DNA from: Clostridiaceae bacterium
GTDB lineage: Bacteria > Bacillota > Clostridia > Acetivibrionales > DUMC01
Assembly (NCBI GenBank): GCA_012840075.1
Contig: DUMC01000133.1
Span: 2,792 to 66,791 of the forward strand
Length of the DNA stretch: 64,000 nt
Direction of reading: 5' to 3'
The notes under the pieces are model-generated. The model made no database searches, was not told the origin of the DNA, and saw only the letters and a list, made by a program, of their open reading frames with translations. Position numbers and translations under genes: made by a program. Shown here in pieces: positions 10,104-18,971 of this stretch (the first letter of the stretch is position 1; each line of letters opens with the position of its first letter).

Positions 10104-11114
10104 TCAGAATTTATTCCATTCATCGAAAACTGCCTCAATATTTTCTCTGGAATCATTTTTCCCCCATTCACACTGTGCTATAACACCGGTTCTTTTTCCT
10201 TTTATTAAGGAATTAGCAACACGTTTTACAGCATTTCTTACATCTTCCTCCGTACCAAAAGGTAATATATGCTGCCTGTCTATTTCACCCCAAAATGTTA
10301 TCTTCCCGGAATACAGCTTACCTAGCTTTTCTATGTCCATGCAGAATAGTTGCGAATTTACAGCATCTACACCTATTTCAATAAGATCAGGATAAATAAG
10401 CTCAATGTTTCCGTCAGAATGAAAAAATACGTACTTGCCTTTTTCATGTAATATGTCACAGTATTCCTTATAAAGAGGTTTAAAAATATCTCGCCATTGT
10501 TCAGGAGATATTAATAAGGTCTTCTGTGTGCCCCAATCGTCCATAAATGACACAGCATCTACATCCGTATTTGCCCACATCAAAAGCTCTTTTATATAAA
10601 AATCATGAATCATATCTCTAAGTTTGTACACTTCTTTTGTTCCGTAAGCCAGATCTATGAACAGTTTTTCTGTTCCTCTAAGAAATTGCATTCTTTCAAA
10701 AGGTCTTATTCCTGTTCCGGCAAGCATAAATTTATCAGACTTGGCACAGCATTCATTTACTTGCGAAAGATCTGCTTCTTCAATTATTTCCCATGGGAGC
10801 TCATAATTATCAAGATTTGTCCAATCATCGAGAGGAGGTTCTTTTACTTCCCCTACCACGCCTGGTTCTGCAACATACCACACACAACCCCAACTGTCCA
10901 CGTAATGACCTACTTCATTAGGATTTCCTCTTTCTCGTTTGCCAACTCCATATCTATAGCTGGGACCTGCGATATCCAAAGGAAATTTCTTGAGCACCTC
11001 TTCAAGTTCTTCTTTTCGATATTTTGGTACATATGGTAAGCACCATAAATCCCTTGGAATTCTGTCAACCTCTTCTTGACGCAAAGTGCGTATTACTCTT
11101 TCCCTTGAATTCAT
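10104..11114 (-). CDS. uroporphyrinogen decarboxylase (URO-D/MtaA) family protein, paralog 1
   Basis: 336 aa after an AAGGAGGAG SD. N-terminus MNSRERVIRTLRQEEVDRIPRD and the central segment FFHSDGNIELIYPDLIEIGVDAVN are typical of the URO-D TIM-barrel family. The HxC zinc motif of MtaA-type enzymes reads HSD here. Confidence 0.7.
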   Translation of the reverse strand: MNSRERVIRTLRQEEVDRIPRDLWCLPYVPKYRKEELEEVLKKFPLDIAGPSYRYGVGKRERGNPNEVGHYVDSWGCVWYVAEPGVVGEVKEPPLDDWTNLDNYELPWEIIEEADLSQVNECCAKSDKFMLAGTGIRPFERMQFLRGTEKLFIDLAYGTKEVYKLRDMIHDFYIKELLMWANTDVDAVSFMDDWGTQKTLLISPEQWRDIFKPLYKEYCDILHEKGKYVFFHSDGNIELIYPDLIEIGVDAVNSQLFCMDIEKLGKLYSGKITFWGEIDRQHILPFGTEEDVRNAVKRVANSLIKGKRTGVIAQCEWGKNDSRENIEAVFDEWNKF

Positions 11115-11140
11115 TTGTAAAACTCCTCCTTTTCTTTTTA

Positions 11141-11449
11141 GACAAGGGTAGACAAGGGGACGGTTCTCTTGTCTTGAGACAGGGGGACGGTTCTCTTGTC
11201 TGAAGTTGGGAAACTATCTCCCCTCTAAGAAAATGTGAACAGTTCTCTTATCTAAAATGGAGGAATTGCCTCCCTTCGACCTGGTGTCGATTTTCTTATC
11301 TGAGATAGAGAAACCATCTCCCTACCTACCCAGACAGAAGAACCGTTCCTTTGAATGACTTTTGTATGATAGACAGAAGAACCGTCCCCCTGTCTCAGAA
11401 GAACCGTCCCCCTGTCTCATCTCCCCCTGTCTCATCCCCCTGTCTCACC
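11141..11449. repeat. intergenic inverted-repeat cluster (REP/MITE-like) built from the ~26-nt unit GAGACAGGGGGACGGTTCTCTTGTCT
   Basis: Forward units lie at 11151-11174 and 11176-11201. Reverse-complement units lie at 11371-11396 and 11397-11418, with truncated cccctgtctca copies to 11446. Unit 11176-11201 matches the reverse complement of 11371-11396 at 24 of 26 positions. Degenerate copies fill the middle. Confidence 0.85.
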
Positions 11450-12526
11450 TTAATACGTTCCCAATTCTAAGCCTTTTTCAATAAAATATTTATAAGTTTC
11501 ATAATTAACTGTGTTTGGGATTGAATGGTCACTATGAAGGGCATAGCCGTAATTGCCCATCACAATTGGTATTTTTGACTCTAATTCTTTTCTTACCAGT
11601 TCTTTGTCGTTTGTATACAAAACTCTAACATCAATTCCTCCCATAAATGAAAGCCTGTCGCCATATTCTTTATACAACTTGATTAAATCCATTCCGGCTT
11701 TTACTTCAATTACCTGCAAGCAATCCATACCTGCTTCCAGCAATCCGGGTATTAAAGGCTCTATAAAACCGCATGAATGTACAATTACAGGCAAGTTATG
11801 GGAATGTGCAAAATCAAAAGTCTTTTTATGTCCTGGTTGTATTATTTCCTTATACATTGCAGGTGATATAAACGGTTTTCCCTTGAAGCCCATGTCTTCG
11901 TAATACCATATGCCATCCGGATAACCTTCCTGTGCAAATAGTATTTCCTGCAAGCTTATTGTCAAATTAGTATATGTTTCCACCATGTCTTTTATCCAAT
12001 CAGGATCAAGGGCCATGCCAATTAACATATATTCATGTCCGCAAACAGGATGCATCAATTCAAATATGTTTACTCCCGACCATACAAAAAACCGGTTATT
12101 TTCAGCCGCATGTTGCTTTGCTTTCCTGTATCCTTCAAAGTTTATTCTCCTCGGATCCGGTTTTAATTTCGGTTTTATATGCTCTTCCCATGCTTCACGG
12201 TCTTTAACCAGAAAATCCACATGTTCAGGTGTAGAATCGTGAAGTTTATGTCTTCGGAGTAAAGCTCCGTTTCCATCTCTCGTTAAAATAGTTTCTTCCG
12301 TTTCTTCGACCACTTCGGGAACAAAATCGATATCCGCTACCATTTTAAAAGCCCAGAATTCTTCCATATCAAAGCCGAAATGATCGGCAAAACTTTCATT
12401 TTCTTTAATAAATCCATCTTCGGTCCATTTTTTATGGGTATCTCTCCAAAAATGTTCATAAAGCCCTATTCTATCCACAGGTTTTCTTTTCAAAATATTT
12501 GTCATACGTTCAATACCGGTCATCAT
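11450..12526 (-). CDS. uroporphyrinogen decarboxylase (URO-D/MtaA) family protein, paralog 2
   Basis: 358 aa after a GAGGGGAG SD. MMTGIERMTNILKRKPVDRIG...VIVHSCGFIEPLIPGLLEAGMDCLQVIE. It retains an H-x-C motif like the Zn-dependent MtaA/MtbA-type methyltransferases. Confidence 0.7.
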   Translation of the reverse strand: MMTGIERMTNILKRKPVDRIGLYEHFWRDTHKKWTEDGFIKENESFADHFGFDMEEFWAFKMVADIDFVPEVVEETEETILTRDGNGALLRRHKLHDSTPEHVDFLVKDREAWEEHIKPKLKPDPRRINFEGYRKAKQHAAENNRFFVWSGVNIFELMHPVCGHEYMLIGMALDPDWIKDMVETYTNLTISLQEILFAQEGYPDGIWYYEDMGFKGKPFISPAMYKEIIQPGHKKTFDFAHSHNLPVIVHSCGFIEPLIPGLLEAGMDCLQVIEVKAGMDLIKLYKEYGDRLSFMGGIDVRVLYTNDKELVRKELESKIPIVMGNYGYALHSDHSIPNTVNYETYKYFIEKGLELGTY

Positions 12527-12682
12527 GTTTATATTCTCCCCTCATTACAATAACAGTTTAAAGCACACCACATCTATTATACTACTACAACTTATATTCT
12601 TCTATAAATTTTTTAATTTTAATAATTTTTATTTGAAATAAGTCAATCCTAAAGCAATATTTATTCATAATTACCTTCACAT

Positions 12683-13636
12683 TTATTTATAAATACCTTC
12701 CGATTTCCATATTTCCAGCATAAGTTCATATCTTTCCAAGGGCATTCCAGTATATATGCAATTTGAAGTTGAAAAAATATACCCTCCGCCCGGCATGCCA
12801 TGCTTTAATGCATATCTTACGGATTCAATAACTTGTTCTTCGGTTCCGGTCTGCAAAAGACCGCAATTAACATTTCCAATAAGACATACTTTGTCCCCAA
12901 CCAGTTTTTTTACTTCTGCAATATCAACCCCTGCCTGAGGGTCCAATGAATGAAGTGCATGGGGATTTGCTTCTACTAACTGATCAAGTATAGGCATTAT
13001 ATTTCCATCGGTGTGCTTTATAGTGTAAAAACCCATATCTCTATATCCTTTGATCAATTTTGCCAAATAAGGAGTTACAAACTCTGAAAACATTGAAGGA
13101 CTTAAAAAAGGTCCCTTATTCAAACAATAATCCGCACACAAGGCAAATCCGTCAAGTCCTCCGTGTTTTTGTATTTTTTCTGCCCTGTCAAGAGCTTCTT
13201 CTACTCTTCTGTTAGCTTCTTCTTTTAGTTTTTCCGGCTCGTCGGCAATCCTATAGCTGAATTCCTGCATATGTTCACCGTCGGGTATTGAAAAAGTTGC
13301 ATCCCCGTGCATCATCAGAAAATATTTGTCTCCGGTTTTTTCTCTTACAAGATCAATCATTCTTAATATCTCATCCAATCTTGACGGGTTAAAGTGAAGA
13401 AAAATAGCACTATGATCATATTTCTCTGCCGTTGCTATGTAAATATCAGCCATATCATTTCTATGTAATTCTCTTTCTTTTTCACTCATTTGATCCCACT
13501 GGCTGTAATAGCGATGCAACGGATGTACTTTGTTAAAAGCTTCCATTGTAAGATAAAAAACAAGTTCAAAATGAGGTACAAGGCCCGTTATTGGTTTTCT
13601 TTCCAAAGCAGCAATAAATCTTTCCCTAGGTTTCAT
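12683..13636 (-). CDS. uroporphyrinogen decarboxylase (URO-D/MtaA) family protein, paralog 3
   Basis: ORF 12683-13696; ATG 13636 is preferred (GGGAG SD 8 nt upstream; product starts MKPRERFIAALERKPI, as in family members). The central motif reads IKHTDGNIMPILDQLVE. Confidence 0.7.
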   Translation of the reverse strand: MKPRERFIAALERKPITGLVPHFELVFYLTMEAFNKVHPLHRYYSQWDQMSEKERELHRNDMADIYIATAEKYDHSAIFLHFNPSRLDEILRMIDLVREKTGDKYFLMMHGDATFSIPDGEHMQEFSYRIADEPEKLKEEANRRVEEALDRAEKIQKHGGLDGFALCADYCLNKGPFLSPSMFSEFVTPYLAKLIKGYRDMGFYTIKHTDGNIMPILDQLVEANPHALHSLDPQAGVDIAEVKKLVGDKVCLIGNVNCGLLQTGTEEQVIESVRYALKHGMPGGGYIFSTSNCIYTGMPLERYELMLEIWKSEGIYK

Positions 13637-13692
13637 GTTATCAACTCCCACTGAAATCAAAGTAAAGTAGAGGTAATTTGTAATTTTGTTTT

Positions 13693-16161
13693 TCACGCCA
13701 AAATAATTTCTTTTACTTCTATTTCACCGTCTACAACTTCAATAAATGGCTTTCCATCTTTAACTCCCGCAGTACCAAATCCCGTATTGGTTGAAATAAA
13801 ACTTCTGAAATCCCCTTTAATGTTTGGTTTGATGTACAATACTTTATCAACAGCATCATATCTTATGCCGGTAAACCCCTGTAACAATGCATAAGAAGCC
13901 AATGCCCTTGCATACCAATGGCCACATTCATATTCATTAAACGGATTTCTATAGGTACCATCGTATCTTTGCCTGCATGTTCTTACAATATCCAATCCCT
14001 CATTTACATATCCCATGCTGATTAAATGGGAAGCTACCTGATATTCTATTCCTGTCCACACTTCATCGCTATAAACAAAAGGTATTGACGGCTTTTCACC
14101 TCTAGGCCATGTACAAAGCAGGAGTCCCCCTTCTTTTCCTATGGCATAACCCGGTCTTTGTGGATTGGAGTGATCAGTCAAATCTTTTTTTAGATTATAT
14201 TTATACACACTGAGCAGATGTTTTCTTACTTTATCGCTGTCGACTATTTCACCCAACCCACAAACCATTGCCATCCATGCACCTATTATTCCATCCGAAA
14301 GACAACCGCTTCCATATTGGTATTTTGGTCCTTCCTTCATGAACAGCTCTCTGTTTTCATCATTCATTTCATCAATATTAATTTTTGTTTTTAAATCGCT
14401 CCATTGAATTTTTTGTATAAAGTATTCTCCGTTAAATAATGACTCTTCTAGGAATTTTCTTCCCTTTTCATATAATTCGTCATATAGAGTGTGGTAATCT
14501 CCGAGAAACTTAGCCATCAATGATGCTGCTTTCAAAGCACCCAAATAAATTGAACAACACATTCCGTCCGGACCCCAAAATTCTATATCATATGTGTTAT
14601 GATGAGGTTCTTTTAAGATACCTTCTCTATCCGGGTCCCATGTCTCGATACAATAATTTATACTGGATTTCACTTTAGGCCATATTTCTCTAAGCCAGTT
14701 ATTGTCCCCGCTAATGCGCCAATCCCTATACACTTTCATGATTCCACCCAATTGCCCATCAGCCGCTGCATAAAAATCGTGACCAGACGGACGTATGGGC
14801 AATGAAGCCCTAAACTGCTGGTGTCCTCTTTCATCTTGGGATTCATTGAATTCAGTCTGTCTTAAACTTCTTTCAAGTTCAGGAAACAAATGGCATAAAG
14901 CCTGAGCATAGTTCCAAACATGAGTGCATGTTCCCGTACAGCATCCCGATGTATCATAGCATCCTTCCCAGCACCATAATCTACCGTCTGTTTGTCTTAA
15001 AACGGTAGGTGATTTTAATATCACAAGGTTTGCTGTAACAGCTTCTATTATTTCTTCGGGTAATGTTGTATCATAAAAACACTTGGTAAATCGTAAAGTT
15101 TTATTATAAAGTTTCTCATAGTTTTGAGACCAATATTGTGCTACTTCGATAATACTTGAAAACTTTGCCGAATACCATGGCTTGTATGTTTCTTTTCTAT
15201 TTTCTTTTTCATTTACGTTGCATTCACAATTGCAACAGCATCCAGTACCGACACCTGAATTGTTCACATCTCCTTCAAACTCTTTTCCATACCTTAAGTC
15301 AGAATTTGGTACGTACCAGGACAACATAAGCTTTATAGTTTTTTCTTCCCGAGGTTTTAATGCAAAGGGCACATATATGCTTGCACCGGGACTGGGCATT
15401 TGTCCTTCAGGATAACTTCCTTCAATCACTATTCCCTTTTCAATATTATTCCACAACATTGTCAAGGTATCAAACCATCTTCCCCTGAACCATGAACAAT
15501 TAACTTTTACATCAGGATCATTCACGATTGCACAAAAAGCTCCCTCTTCCCATGGTTTATCCTGAACCGATGGTTGTTCAAGAATAAATCCTCTGTCAAG
15601 TTTTACAACCCTTTCATTACCTGCACCGGTTTTCATGAAGTTGCTAGCATTGAAAGAATATATGCATTCTAGCTCTTCGTTTGATTCATTTTTAAAATTA
15701 AATTCCAATCCTGCTACAGGTAAACTTGAGTTAAACGTATCGTTCGGAATAAAAGGGCTCCATCCTGTGATTTTAACACTCAACGGCACCTTTTCATCAT
15801 TTAGATAAACTATTCCAAAGGGGAAAATAGCTCTAAAAGAGTTGTGTCTAAATCTGGATAGTCCGTAATTTTTTCCGGATAAACCATTACCCATGTCTTT
15901 CCCTAGCCCGAATATTTTATACATAGGAACCGGTCCCTCAAGAACCTTTGCAATATTTTTGCCCTTTTTAACTTTAATACAAATAGCGGAAAAAACATTA
16001 GGCTCATTATGCACATCAGGTTTGTTTCTTATAGAGAAATGTGACAATGCACCTGTTCCCTCAAGGCATATCATTCCTGCACCAATGCCGCCCATGGGAT
16101 ATGCTATAAATCCGGTTTTTTCTTTGGGATATTCCTTGACGTTTTTTATACTTTCTATCAT
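13693..16161 (-). CDS. glycoside hydrolase family 116 (GBA2-type beta-glucosidase-like)
   Basis: 822 aa after a GGAAGGAGAG SD. N-terminal GBA2-type domain (YPMGGIGAGMICLEGTGALSHFSIRNKPD) and C-terminal (alpha/alpha)6 catalytic region (DERGHQQFR...PHHNTYDIEFWGPDGMCCSIYLGAL...NPFNEYECGHWYARALASY). Confidence 0.85.
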   Translation of the reverse strand: MIESIKNVKEYPKEKTGFIAYPMGGIGAGMICLEGTGALSHFSIRNKPDVHNEPNVFSAICIKVKKGKNIAKVLEGPVPMYKIFGLGKDMGNGLSGKNYGLSRFRHNSFRAIFPFGIVYLNDEKVPLSVKITGWSPFIPNDTFNSSLPVAGLEFNFKNESNEELECIYSFNASNFMKTGAGNERVVKLDRGFILEQPSVQDKPWEEGAFCAIVNDPDVKVNCSWFRGRWFDTLTMLWNNIEKGIVIEGSYPEGQMPSPGASIYVPFALKPREEKTIKLMLSWYVPNSDLRYGKEFEGDVNNSGVGTGCCCNCECNVNEKENRKETYKPWYSAKFSSIIEVAQYWSQNYEKLYNKTLRFTKCFYDTTLPEEIIEAVTANLVILKSPTVLRQTDGRLWCWEGCYDTSGCCTGTCTHVWNYAQALCHLFPELERSLRQTEFNESQDERGHQQFRASLPIRPSGHDFYAAADGQLGGIMKVYRDWRISGDNNWLREIWPKVKSSINYCIETWDPDREGILKEPHHNTYDIEFWGPDGMCCSIYLGALKAASLMAKFLGDYHTLYDELYEKGRKFLEESLFNGEYFIQKIQWSDLKTKINIDEMNDENRELFMKEGPKYQYGSGCLSDGIIGAWMAMVCGLGEIVDSDKVRKHLLSVYKYNLKKDLTDHSNPQRPGYAIGKEGGLLLCTWPRGEKPSIPFVYSDEVWTGIEYQVASHLISMGYVNEGLDIVRTCRQRYDGTYRNPFNEYECGHWYARALASYALLQGFTGIRYDAVDKVLYIKPNIKGDFRSFISTNTGFGTAGVKDGKPFIEVVDGEIEVKEIILA

Positions 16162-16232
16162 TTATTTCTCTCCTTCCTCAGTATGCTTCAATTTTTTATT
16201 CAAGGTGAGTAAAATAGTAAAATAGTTATATA

Positions 16233-16321
16233 AACTCTCGAGTACAATTATAAGCATTAAGTACTCTTGAGTACAATTTATCAGCATTAAAGCATTCTTG
16301 AATATAATTTATTATCTTTAA
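16233..16321. promoter_or_regulatory. three tandem ~30-bp direct repeats upstream of the GH116 operon (candidate activator sites)
   Basis: aactctcgagtacaattataagcattaa / gtactcttgagtacaatttatcagcattaa / agcattcttgaatataatttattatctttaa. They lie 70-160 bp upstream of the GH116 start codon. Confidence 0.45.
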
Positions 16322-16567
16322 TCACTGGGGAAGACAATGCCGGTTTTAATCTACACATAATCATTATAGCCATAAAAAAATTATAACACTTTTACCATTA
16401 AATGCAATATGATTATATTTGAAATGATAAAATGTTATAGATTGTTTATGTCAATTTCTATGTGTTATAATTATTTTATGTTTATGAAAAGCAGGTAATA
16501 ATTTAAGTGAAAATATAACCGAAAAAACTATTAGTACTATGAAATGTAAACCATATAAACGAGGTTA

Positions 16568-17989
16568 ATGATGAATATGAAATTATTATGGCATGAATTG
16601 AGATTGATAATAACTATACTAATTGGAAAAATTTTAATAGTCTTATGTAGATTTGCTAAACTGGGAGGTACATCTTTTCCCGGAAAGGTCGCAGAAAAAT
16701 TATGCCCCGGTATACTTAGAGAACTATCTTCAGGACTCAAATTAATAATGGTTACAGGAACTAACGGTAAAACTACTACAACCAGGATTATAGAAAAAAT
16801 TCTTCAGGAAAATAAAATACAATATATAACAAATAAATCAGGTGCCAACCTTGTTAACGGGGTTATAACAGCCTTTATTGAAGCTGTCGATTTTTTGGGA
16901 AAAACTGATGCAAGCATTGCTCTTATTGAGATAGATGAAGCTGCGTTTTCAAAAATATGCAACTTAATAGTACCTCATGTGCTGATCGTAACTAATTTTT
17001 TCAGGGATCAGCTTGACAGATATGGAGAATTGTATGGTACCCTGAAATTAGTTAAAAAAACGGCAGCTTTATTTGAAAATATCAAGTTGGTCCTGAATGC
17101 TGATGATTCGCTTTGCGCTTCAATAGGTAAAGATCTGAAAAATGAAGTTACATATTATGGCATAGATAAAGATGTAAAGCATTCCACATCTTCAAATAAT
17201 GAAGCCTATGATTCTAAAGACGCAGTCTTTTGTTTATACTGTCAAAGCAAATATGAATATGATTATCACACCTATGGACATCTTGGAGGCTTTAGATGCC
17301 CAAATTGTGGCTATGCACGACCTTCAGCGGATATCTCCTGCACTGAAATTGATGAAATGAAAGATACTCATACGGATATTAAAATGCGCGTTTCAAATCA
17401 AGTTATCAAGGCAAGAGTCAATCTTCCAGGTTTGTATAACATATATAATGCTTTAGCTGCTACAGCCTGCAGTGAAGTCCTTGGGTTGCCCATACAGAAT
17501 ACAGTGAAAGCCATTGGTTCATTCGAATCAGGCTTTGGAAGGATGGAAACTATTCCGGCAGATGGCAAATTCCTAAAGTTGATACTTGTTAAAAATCCAA
17601 CCGGCTTTGATCAAGTCTTAAGTTACTTTATTGAACAAAACGATAGCAATATGCAGATTGCTTTTATAATAAATGACAATGCTGCAGATGGAAGGGATAT
17701 TTCATGGCTTTGGGACGTTGAATTTGAGAAACTTTTGAACATTAGCCATAAAGAACCGGAATTTTATGTTTCAGGCTTGAGAGCTGAAGATATGGCAGTA
17801 AGGCTTAAGTACGCAGGTATTGATACAAATAAGATAACTATTATTAAAGACTATGAAGAGCTTGTTAATAAGGGCTTATTAAGAACCCAACAAAGTAAAA
17901 GCTTTTACATATTGCCTACTTATACCGCCATGCTGGAATTAAGAAAGCTTCTGAAAGTAAAATATAATCTTCATGATTTTTGGGAATGA
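16568..17989 (+). CDS. murT: lipid II isoglutaminyl synthase, Mur-ligase-like subunit MurT
   Basis: Mur ligase P-loop VTGTNGKTTTTRI. Characteristic Cys4 ribbon CLYCQSKYEYDYHTYGHLGGFRCPNCG. C-terminal DUF1727-like region. Followed by gatD. The start could be 16568 or 16571. Confidence 0.85.
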   Translation: MMNMKLLWHELRLIITILIGKILIVLCRFAKLGGTSFPGKVAEKLCPGILRELSSGLKLIMVTGTNGKTTTTRIIEKILQENKIQYITNKSGANLVNGVITAFIEAVDFLGKTDASIALIEIDEAAFSKICNLIVPHVLIVTNFFRDQLDRYGELYGTLKLVKKTAALFENIKLVLNADDSLCASIGKDLKNEVTYYGIDKDVKHSTSSNNEAYDSKDAVFCLYCQSKYEYDYHTYGHLGGFRCPNCGYARPSADISCTEIDEMKDTHTDIKMRVSNQVIKARVNLPGLYNIYNALAATACSEVLGLPIQNTVKAIGSFESGFGRMETIPADGKFLKLILVKNPTGFDQVLSYFIEQNDSNMQIAFIINDNAADGRDISWLWDVEFEKLLNISHKEPEFYVSGLRAEDMAVRLKYAGIDTNKITIIKDYEELVNKGLLRTQQSKSFYILPTYTAMLELRKLLKVKYNLHDFWE

Positions 17990-18083
17990 TTATTGGAATG
18001 ATTACAAGAATAAATATGGAAATGATTATTGGAATGAAGCTTAAATATTTTCACTAAACATTTTCATGAAAGGTGTAATGTTA

Positions 18084-18863
18084 ATGTATACAATTGAAAT
18101 ATGCCACTTGTATCCTGAAATATTAAACTTATACGGAGATAAAGGAAATATCACGGCATTGAAAAAACGGTGCGAATGGCGTGGTATTGATGTAAAAATT
18201 CATAACATTTCATTGGAGGATGATTTTAATCCCGATAATTATGATATTATTTTCATCGGCGGTGGACAGGATTATGAGCAGGAAATTGTAAAAGATGACC
18301 TTTTGCATAAAAAAGGTGCTGCAATTAAAGAAGCTATTGAAGGTAATAAAGTTTTTCTTGCAATTTGCGGAGGATACCAATTACTCGGAAAATACTATAA
18401 AACCAAAGAAGGTAAAGAATTAGAATTTCTTGGAGCTCTTGATTTTTGGACAAACGGCGATGAAAAAAGAATGATTGGTAATGTAATTATAGAATGTGAT
18501 TTTTTAAAAAGCGAGTCATTTGACGGAAAAATAGTCGGTTTTGAAAACCATTCGGGGAAAACATACCTGGGAAAAGACATAACCCCTTTGGGAAAAGTTA
18601 TTATCGGCTACGGAAATAACGGTGAGGACGGATATGAAGGAGCTGTTTATAAAAATGTCTATTGTTCATATCTGCATGGAAGTCTACTCCCTAAAAATCC
18701 CGCATTTACTGATTTTCTGCTGGAAAAAGCACTTAATAACAAATACAAGGATTTCGGAACACTTCCAAATCTCGATGATTCCTTCGAAATGGCGGCTCGT
18801 AATTCTGTAATCAACAGACTGATCACTTCAAATAAAATAAATAAACTCCGAAAAATTTTTTAA
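18084..18863 (+). CDS. gatD: lipid II isoglutaminyl synthase, glutaminase subunit GatD (CobB/CobQ-type GATase)
   Basis: ORF 18066-18863; ATG 18084 is preferred (AAAGGTG SD 8 nt upstream). Catalytic Cys in LAICGGYQLLG and His in CSYLHGSLLPKNP. Confidence 0.8.
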   Translation: MYTIEICHLYPEILNLYGDKGNITALKKRCEWRGIDVKIHNISLEDDFNPDNYDIIFIGGGQDYEQEIVKDDLLHKKGAAIKEAIEGNKVFLAICGGYQLLGKYYKTKEGKELEFLGALDFWTNGDEKRMIGNVIIECDFLKSESFDGKIVGFENHSGKTYLGKDITPLGKVIIGYGNNGEDGYEGAVYKNVYCSYLHGSLLPKNPAFTDFLLEKALNNKYKDFGTLPNLDDSFEMAARNSVINRLITSNKINKLRKIF

Positions 18864-18971
18864 ATAATTTTTAGAAATTTTTATATAGACAATTACAAAT
18901 GTTCATGCTATACTTAACTGAAAATTTGCAAGAGGCCGGTTGCTTGAAATCTTGTGGAAAGGAGTATATAA

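Noticed and set aside
10605-11039. 144-aa + strand ORF inside URO-D paralog 1. Similar shadow ORFs occur at 11553-11903, 33034-33468, 39601-39945, 41257-41754, 43545-44015, 45213-45572, 51171-51614, 54615-54935, 55468-55839 and 61628-62044.
   Set aside because: All lie opposite genes with clear family signatures. They lack ribosome-binding sites and have biased, low-complexity compositions expected from the reverse frame of AT-rich genes.
11141-11449. Possible CRISPR array
   Set aside because: The repeats occur in both orientations, are irregularly spaced and degenerate, have no unique spacers of constant length, and no cas genes are nearby. I interpret the region as a REP/MITE-like inverted-repeat element.
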